A stretch of 63,883 nucleotides of DNA, filler included, from an uncultured Methanosarcinales archaeon (lineage in GTDB: Archaea > Nanobdellota > Nanobdellia > Woesearchaeales > CAYXTQ01), in NCBI GenBank assembly GCA_964608065.1. It is 5 parts of 5 records of this genome, joined end to end, with 100 filler letters (N's around TTAATTAATTAA, not from the genome) between each part and the next. Parts side by side here need not be neighbours in the genome. Positions count along the whole stretch, not along the records: positions 31,851 to 46,974 come from CAZSMA010000031.1; positions 47,075 to 62,029 come from CAZSMA010000033.1; 3 more parts are not named here. One strand, given 5' to 3'. Below the pieces are notes generated by a model. The model had not been told where the DNA came from. It saw only the letters and a program-made list of their open reading frames with translations, and did no database searches. Position 1 is the first letter of the stretch, and each line of letters opens with the position of its first letter. Made by a program: the position numbers and the translations under genes. Shown here piece after piece: positions 40,055 to 49,239 of the stretch.

Positions 40055-40637
40055 ATTTTTCCTCCATATACTTATATGCATAAGCAAACATTTCATTGCT
40101 TTTTGCAATTTTTAAAGTTTGCTTTAATGGCTCTACCTTATACCCTTCTTTTTCAACAGCTTTAATTTTCTTTATAGGGATTAAAATTACATACTCCCCT
40201 ATTGTGGAACCTTTGTTGATATAGTTTGGGATATTTCTTTGGTTAAAAAACATTTTCCAGTATTTAATATCTTTTTTTAATACTTTGATAAAATAAGGTG
40301 ATTTTTCAATACCTCTTTGCACATAAGAAAAGTCAGACCATATCTCTACAGCAGACAAATTTGTAAAAGCATATGGTCTTTTGGATTCCTTGATTAATTC
40401 AGGAACTTTAAACTGCAATAATCCTTTTATTGCCTTTTCAGGAGATATACACTTATAAGAATTTCTTGTTTCTTTTCTTATCCATCCTGCTTTTAACAAT
40501 AATGCAAAAATCTTCTTCTTCATACTTGGGCTTACTATCCAATCTAATTCAGACTGCTTAAAGCTTTCTTTAGTGCCATGGGAGAAAAAAAAAAATGCAT
40601 ATGCCTTCAAACCATATTGGGGGATTTCATATATCAT
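40041..40637 (-). CDS. AbiEi-like wHTH partner of the downstream NTase
   Basis: wHTH-like LLKAGWIRK..RNSYKC, YAFTNLSAVEIWSD; overlaps the NTase start. Confidence 0.6.
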   Translation of the reverse strand: MIYEIPQYGLKAYAFFFFSHGTKESFKQSELDWIVSPSMKKKIFALLLKAGWIRKETRNSYKCISPEKAIKGLLQFKVPELIKESKRPYAFTNLSAVEIWSDFSYVQRGIEKSPYFIKVLKKDIKYWKMFFNQRNIPNYINKGSTIGEYVILIPIKKIKAVEKEGYKVEPLKQTLKIAKSNEMFAYAYKYMEEKYAAA

Positions 40638-40638
40638 A

Positions 40639-40739
40639 GTTACCTAATAGGTAACCAGTTATTTATAAACTTTTCGGTTTTTTTAAAAAAAAAAAACAGA
40701 AAGATTTATAAATAAACGTAGGTTACCTATATGGGTAAC
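40639..40739. promoter_or_regulatory. Divergent promoters, each with a GTTACCTA/TAGGTAAC-type palindrome
   Basis: GTTACCTA-A-TAGGTAAC (40639-40655) and GTTACCTA-TA-TGGGTAAC (40722-40739), each just downstream of a TTTATAAA box. Confidence 0.75.
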
Positions 40740-40757
40740 TTAGGTTTATTGTAAAAA

Positions 40758-41396
40758 ATGATACCTTTAGCATTGAAATTGAAAAAAGAAAGGTATAGGG
40801 AAATAGCAAAGACCCAAGATTTGATAGTTGAAGAACTTTATAAAATTTTTGACAAGGCAGTCATTCATGGAGGCACTTCTATTTGGAGATGCTACAAAGG
40901 AAATAGGTTTTCAGAGGATATTGATGCGTATATACTTAAGGATAAGAGAAAGCTAGAAAATTTTTTCTTTAATTTGGAGAAAAAAGGTTTTATTATAGAG
41001 AAAAAAAAAATAAAAGAAAATAGCTTGTTTTCAAACTTGAAGTTAAATAGGACATATGTTAGATTTGAAGCAATATTTAAAACATATAAAGGAAGTGTGC
41101 TTAGGGAATATGAGAATGCAGATGGAAATTTTATTACAGTATATACTCTAAACGCAGAAGAATTAATTAAGGAAAAGATTGACGCTTACAATAGCAGATT
41201 AAAGATTCGCGATATGTATGATATATTTTTCTTGTTGAGATATGTTAAAGACAAAGAGAATATAAAACAAAAACTAATCAAGTTTGTAAAACTTTTTAAG
41301 AGCCCTATTGATGAGAATGATCTTAAAATCCTTATTTTTGACGGGATAGCTCCTGATTCAAAAAGAATGTTGGATTATATAAAGCACTATATCTAA
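40758..41396 (+). CDS. AbiEii/AbiGii-family nucleotidyltransferase toxin
   Basis: HGGTSIWRCY..NRFSEDID, EKIDAY..R.KIRDMYDI. Confidence 0.9.
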   Translation: MIPLALKLKKERYREIAKTQDLIVEELYKIFDKAVIHGGTSIWRCYKGNRFSEDIDAYILKDKRKLENFFFNLEKKGFIIEKKKIKENSLFSNLKLNRTYVRFEAIFKTYKGSVLREYENADGNFITVYTLNAEELIKEKIDAYNSRLKIRDMYDIFFLLRYVKDKENIKQKLIKFVKLFKSPIDENDLKILIFDGIAPDSKRMLDYIKHYI

Positions 41397-41397
41397 A

Positions 41398-41973
41398 ATG
41401 GGAAAGAAAAAATACTTAAAAACAATTGGGAATTTGTTTAGAAAGAGCGCTGTGGTTAATTATTCTTCTATCGAAAGGATAGTAAAAAAAAAAAAATACA
41501 CAAAAAAAGTGATAAGGAACCTTATCTTAAAAGGAAAGATAAAGAAAATTGCAAAGGGCTTTTATACCTCTCATGAAGATCCTTCCTTAGCAGTATATTG
41601 CTTTAAACCAGCTTATCTAGGTCTGCAAGATGCTTTAAGTTTCCATAATTTATGGGAACAGGAGTCTATTCCAATAATAATCACGACAAGAAAAGTCAGG
41701 CAAGGCATAAGACAAATTATAGGAGTGAATGCGCTGATAAGGAGAATGGACAAAAAGTATTGCTTTGGTTTTCAACACTATGATGACGGAGGTATTTATC
41801 TTCCATATTCTGATGTGGAGAAAACTTTTATAGATATGGTATATTTTAACGAAAAATTAAGCCAAGAGGCTATTAAAAATATAAGAAAGAATGTGAATAT
41901 AAAAAAAATTAATAACTATCTTAATAATTATCCAAATAAGATAAAGAAAAGAGTAATTAAATTATTGGATTAA
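41398..41973 (+). CDS. AbiEi-family antitoxin / transcriptional regulator
   Basis: KGKIKKIAKGFY, PAYLGLQDALSFHNL, SDVEKTFID. Confidence 0.88.
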   Translation: MGKKKYLKTIGNLFRKSAVVNYSSIERIVKKKKYTKKVIRNLILKGKIKKIAKGFYTSHEDPSLAVYCFKPAYLGLQDALSFHNLWEQESIPIIITTRKVRQGIRQIIGVNALIRRMDKKYCFGFQHYDDGGIYLPYSDVEKTFIDMVYFNEKLSQEAIKNIRKNVNIKKINNYLNNYPNKIKKRVIKLLD

Positions 41974-42061
41974 CTAAATAGTTGTATTTAGGTCTGTGTT
42001 TCCCTCTTAATTCTTTATTTTCCCACCAAGGATTCCATTCGTTTAATTTTCTTATTTCCAT
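41957..42061 (-). pseudogene. 34-aa remnant resembling the N-terminus of an AAA_14/DUF4143-type ATPase
   Basis: MEIRKLNEWNPWWENKELRGKHR; NPWW is the typical start of that family; it runs into the AbiEi stop. Confidence 0.5.
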
Positions 42062-42227
42062 TTAAAACACATCCTGTTTTAAATGTCCTTAAAAATTGTT
42101 TTCACAATTTTTGGGACATCTTGTTACATTAGAATGTAACAAATAGTATCTAAATGTTACGTTTTTGTGTAACTAATTGTGCTGTTATTAAGATTATTAG
42201 AAATTTAAAAAAAAAAAAAAAAGAAAA

Positions 42228-42938
42228 TTAATCTATACATGTTAAAGGAACGCATCTTGGTTCGTAAGTTCCTGCTCTTAAAATTATTACTACAATGCAA
42301 TCATTTGGATTAGTTCCTTCGTTGTTTTTCCAGTCAGCAGAGAAGCAGTTCATGCTGCAATAAAATGGTTCGCAGAATTGGAAAGGATCGCAGCCGTCTT
42401 GGTCAACTGGTTCTCCAGCTCTAGAGTTTGGGCATTTGTCTAATGTGTTGACTATTCCATCATTATCATCATCATTGTCAAGTATTATTATTCTATTTCT
42501 TTCATTATTAGAGTAGTTGCATTCTATTGGTGTGATAGAAATATTTGCAATTAATTTATAAGCTCCAGTTGTTAGACCTGTTGTATCCCAATAATCCCAA
42601 CCAGAAGGCATGTATTTTGAGTCACCAACTGTAAGACTACTTGTAGAATGAGGGAATGTTTTTATAATTGTTCCAGTTGGTGATTGTATCGAAAGTAAAT
42701 ATTTTAAATTAGATTCGTCAAAGTCTCCAATATTCTTTATCTTAGATTTAATTTTATATTCTTCTCCAATAATTAAATAAGCCGGGTCATCTGTTATATC
42801 TAAAGAATCGTTTCTGACCTTAATTCCATTTATAGAACCAGTATAACTATCATCAATTTTTACGTCGCTACATAATGCAATTACAATTGTACTTAATGTT
42901 ATTAAAATTAATATAAAAATAAAAAATAAATTTTTCAC
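42228..42938 (-). CDS. Secreted protein with CARDB/Ig-like domain and TSP3-like Ca-binding repeat
   Basis: Signal peptide; WDTTGLTTGAYKLIAN; DNDDDNDGIVNTLDKCP...VDQDGC; GTG start with GGGG SD. Confidence 0.8.
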   Translation of the reverse strand: MKNLFFIFILILITLSTIVIALCSDVKIDDSYTGSINGIKVRNDSLDITDDPAYLIIGEEYKIKSKIKNIGDFDESNLKYLLSIQSPTGTIIKTFPHSTSSLTVGDSKYMPSGWDYWDTTGLTTGAYKLIANISITPIECNYSNNERNRIIILDNDDDNDGIVNTLDKCPNSRAGEPVDQDGCDPFQFCEPFYCSMNCFSADWKNNEGTNPNDCIVVIILRAGTYEPRCVPLTCID

Positions 42939-43021
42939 TGTAAATACCCCCTATCACCCTATTAGTTAATGTTATCACTTCTTTTTTGAATTAATGAAAA
43001 TAAAAAAATAAAAAAAAAAAA

Positions 43022-44605
43022 CTAAATAGCTTCTCCCCAGAAGTATATGTCTCCGTCTGTAAAGTCGCCATTACATGGTTCTGGTAATCCAAGCTTAAAT
43101 GTAATTGCTATATCAGCTTGTGGTGATAAGATGTTTCCTGCGAAATAGTCCACACCGCCAAGATTTATCTTACTGCTAGTTGCAATTATTTCTGCGTCAT
43201 TATAGAAGTTTGTTGTGAATGCAGTACCATAATGAATAGGTACATAGCCTTCATTGTCTTTTCTTCCGTCGTTTTGAGTGGAGTAAGCTCCGTTTGATGC
43301 AAAATAACACAAGTGGTCTGCTGCATCTTTGGTCATGTCTATATCACATGTACCGTGTGCTGAAGTTGCTGGTCCGTTTGCTCCTCCAAATGATTCATCA
43401 CTGATTTTAATTCTGTTACTAGTTGGACACATTGCTCCAGATGATGTTGGATCAGTTAAATCTGTTCCTGAGATAAACATATCCATTAAAACACCTGAGC
43501 CAGGTGTTGCATCATTCTCAACCAATAAAGTGTCTGAGTAAGCAACAGTTCCAGGTCTTACAACACCAAAGTTAAGTTGTCCTTTAACATTTAAAGCAAT
43601 TGTTGGATTAAAATACCAGTATTCGTTCTCATCCATGATATTGCTTAATCCGTCTAAGTCAGTAACTTCTGCTGTTAGGAAGTATTTTCCATCCATTGAA
43701 GCAGGTGTTTCAACTGTGAATGTACATGTGTAGTATCTCTGTGTGTTTGGGTCAAATGCTGTACCTGATAACAGTTCTTCACCAATTCTTGCGTTACAAC
43801 TGTCTGCTATTGCGCCTGCAACGGTTGTTTCATCACAATTTACTTCAATATCATTTCCAATGCCTTGATATGGGCCAATTGTTGCATAGACATCTTGTAT
43901 TTTTTCAATACCATTTTTGTCCATAATTAATATTTTCCATGCAATCTGTTCTCCTTCAAAAGCATAATTGTTAACTCTTTCAGCTAAACTAGCTCCGTTT
44001 CTACCTGGTTCTACGCTGTCATCTGCTAAAGTTCTTGAATCACACATCCAGATTAATGGCGCAAATTCTTCTGTACATATTACAAGAGAGCCTATTGGAT
44101 TAGGTGATTCTGAATTGTCATAGACAGAATTACATCCAGGGTCTGCTGGATAATCTGTTACACAATCACCATCATTATCTGCTTCATCTGAGCATTGTGG
44201 GTTTGTTTCATCATTATCATATGCTTTATATGATCCTGATTCTGTGTAACATCCATAATCTTGTGAATCTTTTTTATTGTCTCCATCATTATCAATTCCG
44301 TCTGAACATGCTGGGTTTGCTTCAGAACTGTCATTTGGATTATAATCTCCAGATGTAGTGTAACAACCCCAGTCATCCGAGTCAGTATCTCCATCGTGGT
44401 CGTCATCAAAATTGTTGGAACAGACAGGTAATGTGTCTGTTTCGTTATCATCATTTGCATCATAGCTTCCTGTGTCATAACAACCTGGATCCATAGTGTC
44501 GTTTAGATTGTCTCCATCGTTGTCAATGCCATCAGAGCATTGAGATGCTAATACTAATTGTATTAAAACTACTAAAGAAATTAAATATATCACCGTTTTT
44601 TTCAT
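43022..44605 (-). CDS. Secreted protein with CSDGIDNDGD repeats and a beta-rich C-terminal domain
   Basis: Signal peptide; four CSD/NxxDxDxD...GC repeats; ends FWGEAI; AAGGTGA SD. Confidence 0.85.
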   Translation of the reverse strand: MKKTVIYLISLVVLIQLVLASQCSDGIDNDGDNLNDTMDPGCYDTGSYDANDDNETDTLPVCSNNFDDDHDGDTDSDDWGCYTTSGDYNPNDSSEANPACSDGIDNDGDNKKDSQDYGCYTESGSYKAYDNDETNPQCSDEADNDGDCVTDYPADPGCNSVYDNSESPNPIGSLVICTEEFAPLIWMCDSRTLADDSVEPGRNGASLAERVNNYAFEGEQIAWKILIMDKNGIEKIQDVYATIGPYQGIGNDIEVNCDETTVAGAIADSCNARIGEELLSGTAFDPNTQRYYTCTFTVETPASMDGKYFLTAEVTDLDGLSNIMDENEYWYFNPTIALNVKGQLNFGVVRPGTVAYSDTLLVENDATPGSGVLMDMFISGTDLTDPTSSGAMCPTSNRIKISDESFGGANGPATSAHGTCDIDMTKDAADHLCYFASNGAYSTQNDGRKDNEGYVPIHYGTAFTTNFYNDAEIIATSSKINLGGVDYFAGNILSPQADIAITFKLGLPEPCNGDFTDGDIYFWGEAI

Positions 44606-44620
44606 TTTTTAATCACCTTT

Positions 44621-46867
44621 TTAATTTATATTAAATTGAACATCTTCTTGGAAGGTGTTCCCAGCTATATCTGTGGCTCTTATGGTTAAATCATGAGGGC
44701 CAGACCTGAAAGGTCTTTCTCTGACATAGCTATCACAATTTGAGCATAATCTTGTGAATCTTGGTCTTGTAGATTCATGATCAATATATTCTAGAGTTAC
44801 TTTTTCATCTAATTCTATGATATTAAAAGGAACTCTTCTATCATAATTTTCTCCAGTAACTGGACTAAACATGTCAAATTCTGGAACAGTTGTGTCTATT
44901 GTAATATCATATTCTTTTGAAAGAACAGTTGTTTCTGCTTTATCTGTTAAAGCAAAATAATAAGTTAAAGGACCATCATCTAACCCTTGGACAAAAATGC
45001 TGCAGTATTGGCTGCTTCCAGATTCACATTCTGTTGTAGAAGCTTCTCCTTGTTCACCATCTTGTGTATAATATAATGTGACTAAGACTAAAGCATCTTC
45101 TTGATATTGAACTGTGAAGTTTCCATTGCCATATTTTCCTGCTCTCGGCTCTATTCTTTTTATTCTAGGATCTCTGCTGTCTACATAAAATTCAACTGTT
45201 TCTTCGTCTCCGTTTCCTGCTTGGTCTTTTGCTTCAATTAAAACTCTATGATATCCATCTCTGAATGTGATTTCCTTGTTATAGGCTTCACAATCTCTGC
45301 TGCATAATTTTTTGAATGTTGATCTTGGATCTTCTAAATCAGTATAACCTAATGTTACAGGTGATACTGTTAATGATTCTATTATTAATATATCAAATGG
45401 GACTCTTGATTCTGAATAAGTTACAATCTGTATTGGATCTGGTTTGTTTACTATTAAAGTTGGTGAGATTTTATCAACATATATTTGGGTTTCTTTTGAG
45501 TCAACAGGGGTTGCTTTGTCAGCAACAGTGAAATAATATGTTAAAGTACCTTCTGGCAGATTGTCTACTTGGATAGAGCATGATTGTCTTCCTGATTCAC
45601 ATCCTGGAACATCAACATGTATCCAATCCCCTGTACCTTTATAATGCAGTGTTACGTAATCAACCTGTGATTCGTCATACTCTACTGTGAACAGTCCATT
45701 AGCATAGCTGCTTTGTCTTGGATATGTCTTGCTTATTCTTGGTGGTTTACTGTCAACATGGAATTCAACTAATTCTGTATCTATGTTTCCTACTGCATCT
45801 GATGCGTTGATTACAAGCCTATGATATCCATCTTTGAATGTAACATCTCTAATGTATTCTTCACAATCTCTGCTGCATAATTGTTTGAATGTTGATCTTG
45901 GATCTTCTAAATCAGTATAACCTAATGTTACAGGTGATACTGTTGTAGGTTCAGTTATGGTAATATCAAAAGGAACTCTAGCAGGATATGTTAGTGTTTG
46001 AGTTGTATCTGGCTTGTTTACAATTAAATTAGGAGATGTTGTATCAACAAGAACTGTTGTTTCCCTTGAATTTGTTGAAGTAGCAGGATCTTTTATATTG
46101 AAATAATAGGTTAAAGAACCTTCTGGCAGATTGTTTACATCTACATTGCAAGATACTCTTCTTCCAGAATCGCAGTTTTGTAATGGAACATCAAATAACT
46201 GTGTGTTTTCTCCTTTGTAATATAAAGTGGCTGCTTGTGTGTTTTCTTCAGTATATTCAACTGTGAATGTTTTTGAAGCATATTGATTGCTTTTTGGATA
46301 AGTGTTTGAAACTCTTGGTGCTAATGAGTCTATACAGAACGTAACCTGGTCATGGCCTTCGTTTAGGTTTTTATCTACAGCTTTGAATGTTAGAGTATGA
46401 CAACCATCTCTAAAAGAAAGTTTTCTGTTGTAATGTTCACATCCAACACCAGAGCAAATTCTTCTGTAACCTCTTCTTTCTTCTGCGCTATCTTTATAAT
46501 ATATTGAAACAGGCTCATTGACTGTTATATCAAATTCAACTGCTCTGTTTGGATAATAAGTAAGATGTCCTTGCGTATTTAAAGTGTCTTCAGGAGAATT
46601 TACTGTAATTTGCGGCGGTGTTTGGTCTACTTCTCCGCCACTTCCTCCTCCTCCTCCGCAGCTACAAGCTGGTTTGTCATAACAATAACTGAATAATCTA
46701 GAATAACCATCTTTAACACATAATATACAGCAATCTGAATGGCATGTGTATCTTATTAAAGAATCACCATTACCTAAACATTCCCAATGATAATTATCTG
46801 CAGAAGCAACACTAGATAAAACTATGAAAAATCCTACAATTAATGCTAGTTTACTTAGTTTATGCAT
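44621..46867 (-). CDS. Secreted protein with tandem Ig-like repeats (~191-aa period)
   Basis: Repeated VDxxPP/VPFDI...LCSRDCE...FRDGYH...A.DxxGN units. Confidence 0.85.
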   Translation of the reverse strand: MHKLSKLALIVGFFIVLSSVASADNYHWECLGNGDSLIRYTCHSDCCILCVKDGYSRLFSYCYDKPACSCGGGGGSGGEVDQTPPQITVNSPEDTLNTQGHLTYYPNRAVEFDITVNEPVSIYYKDSAEERRGYRRICSGVGCEHYNRKLSFRDGCHTLTFKAVDKNLNEGHDQVTFCIDSLAPRVSNTYPKSNQYASKTFTVEYTEENTQAATLYYKGENTQLFDVPLQNCDSGRRVSCNVDVNNLPEGSLTYYFNIKDPATSTNSRETTVLVDTTSPNLIVNKPDTTQTLTYPARVPFDITITEPTTVSPVTLGYTDLEDPRSTFKQLCSRDCEEYIRDVTFKDGYHRLVINASDAVGNIDTELVEFHVDSKPPRISKTYPRQSSYANGLFTVEYDESQVDYVTLHYKGTGDWIHVDVPGCESGRQSCSIQVDNLPEGTLTYYFTVADKATPVDSKETQIYVDKISPTLIVNKPDPIQIVTYSESRVPFDILIIESLTVSPVTLGYTDLEDPRSTFKKLCSRDCEAYNKEITFRDGYHRVLIEAKDQAGNGDEETVEFYVDSRDPRIKRIEPRAGKYGNGNFTVQYQEDALVLVTLYYTQDGEQGEASTTECESGSSQYCSIFVQGLDDGPLTYYFALTDKAETTVLSKEYDITIDTTVPEFDMFSPVTGENYDRRVPFNIIELDEKVTLEYIDHESTRPRFTRLCSNCDSYVRERPFRSGPHDLTIRATDIAGNTFQEDVQFNIN
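45286..45944. repeat. 86-bp direct repeat (45286-45371 and 45859-45944), one mismatch
   Basis: CTTCACAATCTCTGCTGCATAATT...GGTGATACTGTT occurs twice, 573 bp apart. Confidence 0.9.
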
Positions 46868-46925
46868 TTTTTTTTAAAATTTATATGATGACTATGAAAT
46901 TTGTGAGTATGAAATTTTTGTTTTT

Positions 46926-46974
46926 ATGCTTGAAAATCTTCGATTTTCGGCACCTACTCACTGACGTTCGTAGG
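46926..46974. repeat. REP-like double hairpin at contig end
   Basis: ATGCTTGAAAATC-TTC-GATTTTCGGCACCTAC...GTAGG, collinear with 27640-27680. Confidence 0.7.
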
Positions 46975-47018
46975 NNNNNNNNNNNNNNNNNNNNNNNNNN
47001 NNNNNNNNNNNNNNNNNN

Positions 47019-47030
47019 TTAATTAATTAA
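47019..47030. other. Artificial contig linker TTAATTAATTAA
   Basis: N-flanked 12-mer. Confidence 0.9.
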
Positions 47031-47074
47031 NNNNNNNNNNNNNNNNNNNNNNNNNNNNNNNNNNNNNNNNNNNN

Positions 47075-47564
47075 CAAACAATGAAGTCAGTGATGCCAGC
47101 CCCATAAACAAACCGCTGATAAAATACTTTTTGTCAAATAACATATAAAAACCAATAACCACAAACATTATAGCAATATTCATCCCAATGTTAGCAGTAG
47201 AAGTTATCAATGTCTCATGAGAAAACAAAAAAAAAACAACTGAAAAAAAAGCAGTTAACAAATTATATTTTTTCTCGCAAAATTTAAAAATAAAAAAAAC
47301 CGAAATTATTGTAGCAATCACTGAAATGCTCTTGAACAACAATAATTTGAAACCAAATATCTTAAACAGCAAGCCAAATAAAAAAAATTGCAAAGGAGGA
47401 TGAGACAGAAAAAAATCCTTATAAGGAACATTACCTTCTGCTATTAACTTCCCCATATAAAAATAAACATTTTCATCATCAATGCTTTTATCCAGTGAAC
47501 TGGAAACTATAAACAAGTAAACAACAATAACAGCAACTAATAAAACATGTTTTTTTATTTTCAT
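47075..47564 (-). CDS. GT-C (ArnT/PMT-like) glycosyltransferase, 3'-truncated
   Basis: DDENVYFYMGKLIAEGNVPYKDFFLSHPPL; multi-TM. Confidence 0.8.
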
Positions 47565-48937
47565 TCTGAACAATCATAAATAAATATATCTCCAAAATAT
47601 TTGTCCTTTATCCAAGTAGAATACTTACATTCATTCTTAATAAACTCACCAACTTTTGGATGATTACCAAAACCTATAATTGGCCTTAATACAACGAATT
47701 TTACCTTCTCTCCTTTAATTCTCTGCAAAACCTTATCTATATTCAAAGAACCAGACAATATTCTTTGAGCATTTGTATCAACCTCATTGAAAGCTATATC
47801 TCTATCAGTCAATAAAGCAGCCATCGGAGTAAAAGTAACATCTCCAAATATCTTGTCATCTGAATCAGAATTCTCTGTTATATGATCTGCCAATAAATCT
47901 TTTGATTGAAAATCTACAAAATCAAAATTCTGCAGTAATAAAACATTATTTACAGCAAGGGCAGAGAAAAGGATAAACACAACAACCCCAATACCTATAA
48001 CCATTTTTTTATTATGCTTTTTCATAAGTTCAAAAATACAATATCCTCCTAAAATAGCTAAAAACGGAGCTAGTAAAACAAAATAAAAGTTAAATGATCT
48101 TATGACAAACAAAAACAATAAATAAAAAACAGATATCAATGCTGCTAAAGACACTTTCTTCTTGTCTTTAATGGGGAAAAAAAACAATAAAGCAGATAAA
48201 ACCAAGAATATATTCTTAACAAAATAATCAATAAACATATTTGCTGCTACCCCTTTTATCTTTGGCTTGAAAAAATGCCATAGATATACTGAATGGATAT
48301 AATCTAAGCCATTCCATATTATAAATATCAGGTTTACTAATACAAATATCAAAGAGAATCCAGCTAAAAACTTAAAAAAGTTTTTCCTGTTCTTAATTAA
48401 TAATACAATAAGAACAACTGCAGCAGGAACTAAACTATACAATCCAGTAATCCCTGCTAATCCAAATAATAAACCACTTAACAAATATTTCTTCCTATTC
48501 ATTAAAAAATACAAACCAATAACTGTAAACATTGTAGTTAAATTAACACCTAAAAAATAAGTTGATTCCAGCATAACTCTATGGCTGAAAAGAAATAATA
48601 AAACAGCTGTTAAAGCAGAAATATTACTAAATCTTTTCATTATTTTAAAGATAAAAAAAGAAGATATTATTATAGCAAGCAAAGGAACCAGTTTTAAAGC
48701 AATTAAATTAAATCCAAATATTTTGTAGATAACTGAAATCAAATAAATCTGCAAAGGCGGCCTTGAAACAAAGAAATCTTTGTAAGGAACATTACCTTCT
48801 GCTATTAACTTCCCCATATAAAAATAAGTATGTTCATCACCACCTTCAATATGGTCCAACCCTTTAAACTCAACTGCAAAGAACAATAAAACAATTAACA
48901 CAAATATATAAAAGGCATTTTTATTGCTGAGTTTCAT
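47561..48937 (-). CDS. GT-C (ArnT/PMT-like) glycosyltransferase
   Basis: GDEHTYFYMGKLIAEGNVPYKDFFVSRPPL; about 11 TMs. Confidence 0.85.
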   Translation of the reverse strand: MKLSNKNAFYIFVLIVLLFFAVEFKGLDHIEGGDEHTYFYMGKLIAEGNVPYKDFFVSRPPLQIYLISVIYKIFGFNLIALKLVPLLAIIISSFFIFKIMKRFSNISALTAVLLFLFSHRVMLESTYFLGVNLTTMFTVIGLYFLMNRKKYLLSGLLFGLAGITGLYSLVPAAVVLIVLLIKNRKNFFKFLAGFSLIFVLVNLIFIIWNGLDYIHSVYLWHFFKPKIKGVAANMFIDYFVKNIFLVLSALLFFFPIKDKKKVSLAALISVFYLLFLFVIRSFNFYFVLLAPFLAILGGYCIFELMKKHNKKMVIGIGVVVFILFSALAVNNVLLLQNFDFVDFQSKDLLADHITENSDSDDKIFGDVTFTPMAALLTDRDIAFNEVDTNAQRILSGSLNIDKVLQRIKGEKVKFVVLRPIIGFGNHPKVGEFIKNECKYSTWIKDKYFGDIFIYDCSE

Positions 48938-49053
48938 ATTAATGATTCTTAATATCTGTCTTATATAAATGTTTTTGTGTTAATTATGATATATAGAAAC
49001 ATATTTAAATACTCCCTTATTCTCCCTACTAAAACAATTTAGTGGTGGTTATT

Positions 49054-49239
49054 ATGGTTAATATGAAAGAAACTAGTAGCAAATATATAAAAGTAAGATG
49101 TCCTAAATGCAAGAACGAACAGATAATATTCGGTAAAGCATCTAGTGAAGTCAAATGTTTAGTCTGTGAAAAAGTTATAACCTCTCCGACTGGTGGAAAA
49201 AGCAAGATAAAAGCCAGAATCTTAGAGGTTTTGGAATAA
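49054..49239 (+). CDS. rps27e: 30S ribosomal protein S27e
   Basis: SKYIKVRCPKCKNEQIIF...CLVC...PTGGKSKI. Confidence 0.96.
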   Translation: MVNMKETSSKYIKVRCPKCKNEQIIFGKASSEVKCLVCEKVITSPTGGKSKIKARILEVLE

